Notes under the pieces: model-generated
The model's input: only the letters and a program-made list of their open reading frames with translations
What the model was told of the DNA's origin: nothing
Database searches by the model: none
Assembly (NCBI GenBank): GCA_963715335.1
Contig: CAVQRZ010000036.1
Location: forward strand, 1 to 13,371
Length of the DNA: 13,371 nt
From: an uncultured delta proteobacterium
Lineage (GTDB): Bacteria > Desulfobacterota > Desulfuromonadia > Desulfuromonadales > BM103
Direction: 5' to 3'
In this document: in pieces, positions 1-7,222 of the stretch
Position numbering within the stretch: the stretch's first letter is position 1
How the letters are laid out: each line of letters starts with the position of its first letter
Position numbers and translations under genes: made by a program

Positions 1-2
1 AG

Positions 3-860
3 GACGGTGTTGCTCGGCTGCAAACCGTCGAAGACGATTTCTTTCCCCGGGCGATGATTACGCGTCTGCCGGTTAAAAAGCTGCTGTTCCCTCACGGAGA
101 TGCTGTCTGGAACTATCATGGCGGGCGGTATCGTGAAGTTGTCGAGCCATCATGCCTGGCGATAACCGGTGTCCCTCTCTGCGACATGCAGGCCCTCTGG
201 TATCTTGATCGGGTCTTTGCAGAAGACGCGATCTATCAGCGGAGACGCGCCGGCATTTTCGTGGTCGGTGCACCATGTGATGCCGGAGCTGAGTGCCGTT
301 GCGACCGCTCCCTGATGCCGATAGCCGGGGATCTCTTCATCAGTAGTGATCGGATCTGGGCGCTCTCCGATGCCGGAGGGGCTATCTTGAAGGCTGCTGG
401 CGGCCGCGTAAATGAGCAGAAAGATTTGCCTTGGCCGGAGAGTCCGGTAGAAAAACGTTGCAAGATCACTCCGGAACAATTGAACAGTACCCGGCATTCA
501 GGACTCTGGAGCGTAGAGGGCGAGCGTTGCCTGTCATGCGGCGCCTGCTCTGCGGTCTGCCCGACCTGCTACTGTTTCGATCTGGTCGATGTTGTCACAA
601 CAGACGGCTCAGTGAGCCGAAAACGGGTCTGGGATAATTGTTTCTTTGCCGAACATGGTCAGGTTGCCGGCGGCTTCGATTTCCGGGCTGGTCGCGCCGC
701 ACGGCTGTGTTTCCGTATGGAGCATAAACGCCTGGGGTTCGGTGATTTGCGCGGCCAGGATTCCTGCGTCGGATGCGGCCGCTGTCGAACTGTCTGCCCG
801 GTCGATATTGACCTGGACAGGATTGCAGGGCAACTCGTGGCGGAGGTGCCCGATGTATGA
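3..860 (+). CDS. hydB: Group 3b [NiFe]-hydrogenase/sulfhydrogenase beta subunit (AsrA/HydB-like 4Fe-4S protein), 5'-partial
   Basis: Frame is open from position 3, upstream of the ATG at 54 (DGVARLQTVEDDFFPRAM...), so the true start is probably outside the window. Motifs: PVKKLLFP, GVPLCD, CLSCGACSAVCPTCYCF, RVWDNC, RMEHK, CVGCGRCRTVCP. First of four overlapping hydrogenase genes. Confidence 0.9.
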   Translation, partial: DGVARLQTVEDDFFPRAMITRLPVKKLLFPHGDAVWNYHGGRYREVVEPSCLAITGVPLCDMQALWYLDRVFAEDAIYQRRRAGIFVVGAPCDAGAECRCDRSLMPIAGDLFISSDRIWALSDAGGAILKAAGGRVNEQKDLPWPESPVEKRCKITPEQLNSTRHSGLWSVEGERCLSCGACSAVCPTCYCFDLVDVVTTDGSVSRKRVWDNCFFAEHGQVAGGFDFRAGRAARLCFRMEHKRLGFGDLRGQDSCVGCGRCRTVCPVDIDLDRIAGQLVAEVPDV

Positions 861-1680
861 TTCGTTGCAGCCTGTTGCTGCCGTGCTGGAGAGAGTCCAC
901 CCGATGGTCGAGGACAATCACGTTTTCACCTTCGTACCGGACCTGCCATTCAATGTGGCCCCAGGGCAGTTTTTCGAAGTCAGTCTGCCAGGGGTCGGCA
1001 GCTTTCCGGTTTCAACCTGTCACCTGGTGGTGAACGGGAGAATTGAATCGTGTATCCGGCGCGTGGGGCGAGTCACGGATGCCCTCTACCGCATGGTCCC
1101 CGGTGCCCGGTTGGGACTGCGTGGCGCTTTTGGTAACGGTTTTGAACTGGAACTGTTTGCCGAACGGGATGTCCTGATGATTGCCGGTGGCCTCGGTATG
1201 GCGCCGTTGCGTTCACTGTTGATGGCCCTGCTTGCCGATGAGCAACGAAGCGGCAGGATTGTTCTGCTCTACGGCTCACGTGAGCCAAAGGCTCTGCTGT
1301 TTCGCGAAGAGCTGGTCGAGCTGGCCCGGGCGAAAAAGATCGAACTCAGGTTCTCGGTTGATTTTGCTGCTGACCTGCAGGGGCCTTTCAGCGGTGTCGC
1401 CTGCCGGATTGGTCTGGTGAATGAACTACTGGATGACCTGAGGTTCGAGCCGCAGCAAACCGTCGCTGCCGTATGCGGTCCTCCGGCGCTGTATGGCTGC
1501 ATTCTGGACGAACTGTCCGCAACCGGTATTCCGGAAAACCGGATTCTGGTCACGCTTGAGAGGCGAATGCGCTGTGGCATCGGCGAATGCTGCCATTGTG
1601 TGGCCGGTGGCCGTTACATCTGCCGGGACGGGCCGGTCTTCTCGCTCGCCGAGTTGCGCTTGATGCCGGGGGCCATATGA
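853..1680 (+). CDS. hydG: Group 3b hydrogenase gamma subunit (FAD/NAD(P)-binding, 2Fe-2S; AsrB/HydG-like), 275 aa
   Basis: Start moved from 646 to ATG 853, which has GGAGGT at 842-847 and overlaps the upstream stop. Motifs: PGQF, VGRVT, RGAFGNGF, AGGLGMAPLRS, VCGPP, LERRMRCGIGECCHC...CRDGPVF. Confidence 0.92.
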   Translation: MYDSLQPVAAVLERVHPMVEDNHVFTFVPDLPFNVAPGQFFEVSLPGVGSFPVSTCHLVVNGRIESCIRRVGRVTDALYRMVPGARLGLRGAFGNGFELELFAERDVLMIAGGLGMAPLRSLLMALLADEQRSGRIVLLYGSREPKALLFREELVELARAKKIELRFSVDFAADLQGPFSGVACRIGLVNELLDDLRFEPQQTVAAVCGPPALYGCILDELSATGIPENRILVTLERRMRCGIGECCHCVAGGRYICRDGPVFSLAELRLMPGAI

Positions 1681-2423
1681 AGCTGCGGCCGCCGATTCAA
1701 ATTGCCTTCACCCGCTTCACCTCCTGCAGTGGCTGCCAGTTGATGCTGCTGAATTGCGAGGAACATCTGGCAGCGCTCTCGGCTCATATTGCGGTCCAGG
1801 AATTCCCGCTGGCCTCCTCATCGCGCGACTTGCCCGGGCCGATCGATCTGGCCCTGGTTGAGGGTTCCATATCGACCCCTTCCGAACTGGAACGCCTCCT
1901 GGATTTGCGTCGCCGGGTCAATCTGCTGGTTGCGGTCGGCAGTTGTGCCATAAGTGGAGGTGTCAATTGCCTGGTATCCGGAGAACGTGCCGACGCTGTC
2001 GATGAGGTCTACGGCCAGGCCCAGGCTGGCATGCACACATTCCCTCCCCAGCCGTTACATCGGTTCGTGACGGTCGATTGCCAGGTTCACGGGTGCCCTC
2101 CCGAGCGGCACGATCTGCTCGAGGCCCTGGCTTCACTGGAGTGTGGCGGATGGCCGGGACGGCAGCTCATGCCGGTCTGTATGGAGTGCCGAATTCTCGA
2201 GAACCGCTGCCTGTTGATTGAGGCCGGACAGCCCTGTTTGGGGCCAGTCACATTTGCCGGATGTCATGCCCGCTGTCCCAGCCTCGGAGTCGGTTGCGAA
2301 GGGTGCCGTGGTGACGTGGCCGAGGCCAATCAAGGAGAAATGTTCCGGTTGCTGCTCGAGACGGGCCTGTCGGAGCGGGAAGCCCAAAGGCGCCTTGCGC
2401 GCTTTGACAGGGGCAGCCGATGA
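1677..2423 (+). CDS. hydD: Group 3b hydrogenase delta (small, Fe-S) subunit, 248 aa
   Basis: Start at the ATGA overlap (1677-1680). Motifs: CSGC, VEGS, GSCAISGG, GCPP, and distal VCMEC...CL...PCLGPVTFAGCHARCP...CEGCRG. No Tat signal, so cytoplasmic. Confidence 0.92.
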   Translation: MKLRPPIQIAFTRFTSCSGCQLMLLNCEEHLAALSAHIAVQEFPLASSSRDLPGPIDLALVEGSISTPSELERLLDLRRRVNLLVAVGSCAISGGVNCLVSGERADAVDEVYGQAQAGMHTFPPQPLHRFVTVDCQVHGCPPERHDLLEALASLECGGWPGRQLMPVCMECRILENRCLLIEAGQPCLGPVTFAGCHARCPSLGVGCEGCRGDVAEANQGEMFRLLLETGLSEREAQRRLARFDRGSR

Positions 2424-3673
2424 ACAAGGTAATTATCGATCCATTGACCCGTGTCGAGGGTCATGGCCGGATTGAGCTGATTCTAAAAGACGGTAGGCTG
2501 GATGACGTACGGGTTCGTATGCTGGAATCCCCACGTCTGTTTGAAAAGATAGTGGTCGGCCGCAAATTTGATGAAGTCGCTGACCTGGTCTGCCGTATCT
2601 GTGCGATTTGTTCGGCAGTGCACAAGCTGACGTCTCTCGAAGCTCTCGAACAGGCCCTGGGGATCGAGGTTCCGCCCCTTGCAAAAGCCGTACGGGAGCT
2701 GCTGCTCCTCGGTGGGCATCTGCAGAGTCATGCCCTTCACCTGTTCTGCCTGATCCTGCCGGATTTCAGTGGTGCTGTAAGTATTGTTGAGCTGCTTAAA
2801 AAAGGCAACCCGCTCGCCGCTGCCGGCCTGGAATTGAAGGCTTTTGGCAACCAGATTCAGGAACTGGCCGGTGGCCGGGTCATCCACCCGGTTAACCCGG
2901 TTGTCGGTGGGGTGATCTACCGACCGCAGCGCCAACTGCTGCAGGGCCTGGCTGCGAATCTTGAAGCCTGGCAGCGGAAATGGCCAGCATATGCCGGGGA
3001 TTTTATCTCCTCCGCCAGATTCCCCGTTGCAAAAACCGTCCGTGGGATTCCCCTGGCGACCGGCCAGACCGACAGCTTCTCCCTCTGTGGAAACAGTCTC
3101 TGGACAGACAAGGGTCAGGCGTTCCCGGCTTCAGATTATCGACAGATCCTTCAAGAACTGCCGGATGATGGGTCTTACGCCAAGTCCTCCTGCGGTGATG
3201 CCGGCCCTTTCATCGTCGGGGCTCTGGCGAGGACCCGTTTGGCCACTGCAAGAGGTTGTACGCAAGTCGCTTTACCGACGACAACCGATATCTATGCCAA
3301 TAATATCGCCCAGGTCAATGAAATCGGCTGGGCCCTTGAGCAGGCCCGGAAATTGACAGAAACAATATTAAGTGCCGAGGACGATGCCTCCTTGCGTGTG
3401 GAGTCAATTCAACCACGAGGGGGGATCGGTACAGCCGTAAAGGAAGCGCCGCGTGGCCTGCTGGTTCATCATTATGTTGTCGATGAGTGGGGGTATGTTG
3501 CTGCCGCTGATGTTGTCACGCCTACCGCGATCAACCAGCTCACGATGAAACAGCAGATTCTGGATGACCTCGCAGGGGTAGGGGATGTAGAACAGATGCG
3601 CCTGGTTACGGAACAGATCGTGAGGGCTTTCGATCCTTGCATCTCATGTGCGGTACATCTGCTGAAGGTTTGA
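2420..3673 (+). CDS. hydA: Group 3b [NiFe]-hydrogenase alpha (large, catalytic) subunit, 417 aa
   Basis: ATGA overlap at 2420-2423. Motifs: TRVEGHG, L1 RICAICSAVH, GGRVIHP, EAPRG, PTAIN, L2 DPCISCAVH followed by a 4-aa tail (LLKV). Confidence 0.95.
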   Translation: MNKVIIDPLTRVEGHGRIELILKDGRLDDVRVRMLESPRLFEKIVVGRKFDEVADLVCRICAICSAVHKLTSLEALEQALGIEVPPLAKAVRELLLLGGHLQSHALHLFCLILPDFSGAVSIVELLKKGNPLAAAGLELKAFGNQIQELAGGRVIHPVNPVVGGVIYRPQRQLLQGLAANLEAWQRKWPAYAGDFISSARFPVAKTVRGIPLATGQTDSFSLCGNSLWTDKGQAFPASDYRQILQELPDDGSYAKSSCGDAGPFIVGALARTRLATARGCTQVALPTTTDIYANNIAQVNEIGWALEQARKLTETILSAEDDASLRVESIQPRGGIGTAVKEAPRGLLVHHYVVDEWGYVAAADVVTPTAINQLTMKQQILDDLAGVGDVEQMRLVTEQIVRAFDPCISCAVHLLKV

Positions 3674-3743
3674 TCTCTGCAGAAACTCTAACATGATCTT
3701 CCCGGCCGGTTACAAATCCCCAGGGCATGTCATGAAATCGAGA

Positions 3744-4952
3744 TCACCGGCTTGGCAGAGACATGAACCGGTCAGCAATCTGTTCGCCAATACTCAGGGA
3801 GGCGGTCGCCGCCGGGGAAGGGGCATTCAGGACATGGACCATGCGCCCTTCGCTGATGATGTGAAAATCATCGAGCAGTTGTCCCTGGTCGTCAACTGCC
3901 TGCGCACGAACGCCGCTCCCTCCCGGTGCCAGGTCGTCGCACCGGATCTCCGGTATCAGGCGCTGCAGGCTCTTGACGAACAGGGCTTTTGAAAAAGACC
4001 GCGCGTATTCCTCAATCCCCAGCCGCCAGAAACGTGCAGACAGCTTCCAGAATCCGCTGAAGGCCAGAGTCCTTATCAGGTCGGAGGGGGAAATATCTCT
4101 GCGCCGGTACCCTTCTCGCTGCATGGCCAGTACGGCGTTTGGTCCTGCTTCGACCGTATCGTCGATCATGCGCGTGAAATGTACGCCGAGAAAAGGCATC
4201 TGTGGATTGGGCACCGGGTAGATGAGATGTTTTACCAGCCGGCTGCTTGCCTTTTTGAGCCGGTAATACTCGCCGCGGAACGGGACGATCTGTACTGGCG
4301 GACGCAATCCGGCCAACCGGGCGATCCGGTCGGCGTGAAGCCCGGCACAGTTGATCAGGGCACCGGTTCTGAAGGAGTTGTGTCCGGACTGGAGGAGGTA
4401 GCTGTCGTTCTCTTTAAGAATCCTCCTGATCGGCGTATCGAGGTTAATATCTCCACCGCGGGAGCGAAAAATTTCGGCCATTTTCCTGGTGACCTGCACA
4501 TAGTCGACAATACCGGTCTGCGGAACGAACAGGCCATCAATGCCACTGACGTGCGGTTCACGCTCGTTCAATTCTGCCGGTGAAAGCCGCTGTAACCCCT
4601 CCAGGCCATTGGCACGGCCACGACGCTCAAGCTCTTCGAGTGCCGGCAGTTCGGATTCGTCCACGGCGACGACGACCTTGCCGCAACGATGGTGAGGAAT
4701 GCCGTGCTCAATACAAAAACGATACAGCGCTTCTCGCCCGCTGCAGCAGGTTGTTGCCTTGAGTGATCCGGGCCGGTAGTAAAGGCCGGCGTGAATCACA
4801 CCGCTGTTGTGCCCGGTCTGATGTCCGGCCAGGTGCGATTCTTTTTCGAACAGGGTGATTTTTAGCCCAGGGTTGCGCGTAACGATCGACAGGGCTGTGG
4901 CGCAACCAACTATGCCGCCACCGATGATGGCCAGATCGGAAAATCTCTCCAT
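3744..4952 (-). CDS. lhgO: L-2-hydroxyglutarate oxidase/dehydrogenase (FAD-dependent), 402 aa
   Basis: Motifs: GGGIVG Rossmann fold, HQTGHNSGVIHAGLYY, PFRGEYY, IYPVP..PFLGVHFT, GPNA, GVRAQA, NAPSPAATASL. ATG at 4952 has GAAGGG upstream and is preferred over GTG 5036, because the 28-aa extension precedes the family's usual N-terminus. Confidence 0.92.
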   Translation of the reverse strand: MERFSDLAIIGGGIVGCATALSIVTRNPGLKITLFEKESHLAGHQTGHNSGVIHAGLYYRPGSLKATTCCSGREALYRFCIEHGIPHHRCGKVVVAVDESELPALEELERRGRANGLEGLQRLSPAELNEREPHVSGIDGLFVPQTGIVDYVQVTRKMAEIFRSRGGDINLDTPIRRILKENDSYLLQSGHNSFRTGALINCAGLHADRIARLAGLRPPVQIVPFRGEYYRLKKASSRLVKHLIYPVPNPQMPFLGVHFTRMIDDTVEAGPNAVLAMQREGYRRRDISPSDLIRTLAFSGFWKLSARFWRLGIEEYARSFSKALFVKSLQRLIPEIRCDDLAPGGSGVRAQAVDDQGQLLDDFHIISEGRMVHVLNAPSPAATASLSIGEQIADRFMSLPSR

Positions 4953-5040
4953 GATATAAAGCCCTTCGGGGGAAAAGATAAAGCCAGGGCGGGACCTCGC
5001 AACGTCGCCGTCGATATGCAGGGTCTCGCGAGACACTCAT

Positions 5041-5068
5041 ATTGTACACATTTTTTTCAGGATGGCAG
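5041..5068 (-). promoter_or_regulatory. Putative sigma70 promoter for lhgO
   Basis: Minus strand: CTGCCA (5068-5063), 16 nt, TACAAT (5046-5041). Predicted start is about 80 nt upstream of the lhgO ATG. Confidence 0.4.
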
Positions 5069-5071
5069 GAT

Positions 5072-5086
5072 GTTTGACTGTCAAAC
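5072..5086. promoter_or_regulatory. Perfect 7-1-7 palindrome, candidate transcription factor operator
   Basis: GTTTGAC-T-GTCAAAC lies immediately upstream of the putative lhgO -35. Confidence 0.45.
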
Positions 5087-5201
5087 GTTGGTGCTGCATC
5101 TTTTCTCATTGTGCAAGGACCTGATCTATGGCAAATGACAGAAAGCACCCCAGAAAAAAAGAGGGTTCAAGCTGCTGACAAAGTTCAGCTTTGATGTTTA
5201 G

Positions 5202-5232
5202 AAGGGCAACAGATGGTTCATCTGTTGCCCTT
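5202..5232. repeat. Perfect 14-bp hairpin/palindrome, left copy
   Basis: AAGGGCAACAGATG-GTT-CATCTGTTGCCCTT. 5203-5231 is 28/29 identical to the reverse complement of 5715-5743. Confidence 0.95.
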
Positions 5233-5710
5233 TGTCTGTTGTTCTCTGGAAAACAAAGACAAAAACAAAACCCGGGGGTCGCGCCCCCCGACTGCGCCTT
5301 ACTCTTTTGCTGGCCCAAAAGAGTAAGCAGAAAAAGGCCTGCGCTGCGCTGGGCATGTCTGGTTCGGCAAGGCGGCAACCTCAATTGAGAGAAGTCTATT
5401 CCTGACACAGTGTCCACGCTTCCCCCGCAGGAACCGAGGCTCTTGAGAGCCTCTCCTTTCGTGGAGGGTTGCGTCGGTAGAGGTTGTTTTAGCTTTTCCC
5501 TGCGCAAATCACACAGAAAGGTCAGGCCCTTTGACACAGGGCCGGATCCCCATCAAAGCGAGGTTCTATGACAGTCACAGAACATCCGGCAAAGGAGATG
5601 CCCTCCGCAAGGAGAAGGCATTTTTGCATACTTTTGTTGCCGGACAAAAAGTATGGCGTCGGGCGGGACGCGACCCGCCGGTTTTGCTTTTAAGCTATTT
5701 CTAGGAAAGG

Positions 5711-5743
5711 AAAAAGGGCAACAGATTAACCATCTGTTGCCCT
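5711..5743 (-). terminator. 12-bp hairpin (right copy), probable intrinsic terminator of upp-uraA
   Basis: AGGGCAACAGAT-TAACC-ATCTGTTGCCCT (5715-5743). On the minus strand it is followed by a U tract (A run 5711-5715) and lies about 85 nt downstream of the uraA stop. Confidence 0.65.
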
Positions 5744-5827
5744 AAAATTCATAAAACTCCACCTGTCAGCAACCTGAAGCATCCCCAAAAGGCGATACCT
5801 CATGATCAGCGATATGTCCCAACACCG

Positions 5828-7144
5828 TTACTGTCTGGCTTGCGGCAGAATCAGATTCAGAAGTACACCGATGATGCCGGCCAGACCGATTCCACCAAGC
5901 TTGACGACAGCCAGGTCGAAGCTCATGCCGCCGATACCGAATACCAGGATGACTGCGGCGATTGTCAGGTTGCGAGGCTGCATCAGGTCAGTGCCCGCCC
6001 TGACCAGGGTGTTGATGCCGATCACGGCTATGGCACCGAACAGCAGGATCATGATGCCGCCCATGACCGGCACCGGGATGGTGTTGAGGAAACCGCCAAG
6101 CTTGCCGATGAAGGCCAGCAGGATTGCAGCGATGGCAGCCCAGGTCATGGTAAACGGGTTGAAGGAGCGGGTCAGGGCCACGGCGCCGGAGACCTCGGAG
6201 TAGGTGGTGTTCGGTGGCCCGCCGAGACATGCGGCCAGGCTGGTGGCGAGACCGTCGCCAAGCATGGTCTTATCAACCCCGGGGTCGTCGACGTAATCTT
6301 TGCCAGTGATGCTGCCGATTGCCAGAATATCGCCGAAATGTTCTATAGCCGGAGCAATTGCGACCGGTACGATAAAGAGGATCGCTTCAAGGTTCCAGGT
6401 CGGCAGAGTGAAGTCCGGAACGGCCAGCCACGGCGCATCAAGAACCGGCTGCATCGAAACCAGCGTCGGTCCGGTCCAGTTCTGCAGGGTCCCCGGGTCA
6501 AAGGTTGCCTGGATGGAACTCGAAATTCCGATCAGATCGAGGCCCAGGGAAGCCAGGTAGCCGGCGACAACGCCGCAGAGGATCGGGATCAGCCTGAACA
6601 GACCCTTCCCTAGCAGCGAGACGAGGACGGTGACGATCAACGCCACTCCGGCAATCATGTAGGCGCTCGGCTGCGGGACCAGCCAGGCAGCGCCGTCACC
6701 GGTTCGGCCGGAAGCCATGTGCACGGCGACCGGGGCCAGGACCAGGCCGATGACCATGATCACCGGGCCGGTTACGACCGGCGGCAGGATGCGATGCAGG
6801 ATGTCGGAGCCGAATACCCTGACGCCAATGCTGATAACAACGTATAGCAGACCGGCTGCAGCCAGGCCGCACATCGTGCCGGGGATACCCCACTGCTGCA
6901 CCCCGTAGATGATCGGAGCGATAAAGGCGAAACTCGAGGCCAGGAACACCGGGACCTTGCCGCGCGTGACCAACTGGAACAGCAACGTGCCGGCACCGGC
7001 GGTAAAGAGCGCGACGTTGGCGTTCAACCCGGTCAACAGCGGAACCAGGACCAGCGCGCCAAAGGCGACAAAGAGCATCTGGGCACCAATTAGGATTTGC
7101 TTGGGGTGGAGGCTAAATCGGTTTTCCTGAAGTTTCTCGGACAT
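5828..7144 (-). CDS. uraA: Uracil permease, NCS2/NAT family, 438 aa
   Basis: Motifs: QMLFVAFGALVLVP, PVFLASSFAFI, PPVVTGPVIMVIGL, PNTTYSE, IPVPVMGG. Highly hydrophobic, has an AGGAG RBS, and lies directly downstream of upp. Confidence 0.92.
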   Translation of the reverse strand: MSEKLQENRFSLHPKQILIGAQMLFVAFGALVLVPLLTGLNANVALFTAGAGTLLFQLVTRGKVPVFLASSFAFIAPIIYGVQQWGIPGTMCGLAAAGLLYVVISIGVRVFGSDILHRILPPVVTGPVIMVIGLVLAPVAVHMASGRTGDGAAWLVPQPSAYMIAGVALIVTVLVSLLGKGLFRLIPILCGVVAGYLASLGLDLIGISSSIQATFDPGTLQNWTGPTLVSMQPVLDAPWLAVPDFTLPTWNLEAILFIVPVAIAPAIEHFGDILAIGSITGKDYVDDPGVDKTMLGDGLATSLAACLGGPPNTTYSEVSGAVALTRSFNPFTMTWAAIAAILLAFIGKLGGFLNTIPVPVMGGIMILLFGAIAVIGINTLVRAGTDLMQPRNLTIAAVILVFGIGGMSFDLAVVKLGGIGLAGIIGVLLNLILPQARQ

Positions 7145-7222
7145 TATATATTCTCCTGGCCTGAATTTTATGAATGCCGGTTCGTAACAGCCGGGTGGGC
7201 GTCGCGTTGTTTTATGGGCTAG

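Larger units (their letters stand above)
5166..5778. mobile_element. Non-coding element with long nested inverted repeats (MITE/REPIN-like, non-autonomous)
   Basis: Ends: TTCAAGCTGCTGACA (5166-5180) matches the reverse complement of 5764-5778 (TTCAGGTTGCTGACA) at 13/15. Similarity continues inward through three paired hairpins, roughly 5166-5339 versus 5617-5778. No credible ORF, no transposase and no clear target-site duplication. The repeat structure is directly visible, while mobility is inferred. Confidence 0.6.

Noticed and set aside
646..852. Long N-terminal extension of the hydG ORF (likewise 1587-1676 for hydD)
   Set aside because: These overlap the conserved C-termini of the upstream genes. 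Better starts exist at 853 (RBS) and 1677 (ATGA coupling).
3647..3673. Very short C-terminal tail of HydA as a sign of truncation
   Set aside because: A ~4-residue extension after the L2 His is normal for group 3b large subunits.
5106..5537. 143-aa minus-strand ORF and 65-aa plus-strand ORF (5191-5388) in the intergenic element
   Set aside because: They run through palindromes and low-complexity tracts and show no recognisable domain or transposase motif. Probably spurious.
5202..5743. Two ~29-bp palindromic repeats as a CRISPR array
   Set aside because: Only two copies, about 480 bp apart and inverted as judged by the loop sequence. No spacer periodicity and no cas genes.
5155..5790. Target-site duplication flanking the element
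   Set aside because: Flanks (…AAAGAGGG and GCATCCCC…) show no convincing direct repeat.
5840..6613. 257-aa plus-strand ORF and other antisense ORFs (e.g. 7331-7855, 11579-12052, 12861-13325)
   Set aside because: Shadow frames opposite well-supported GC-rich genes, with no recognisable motifs.
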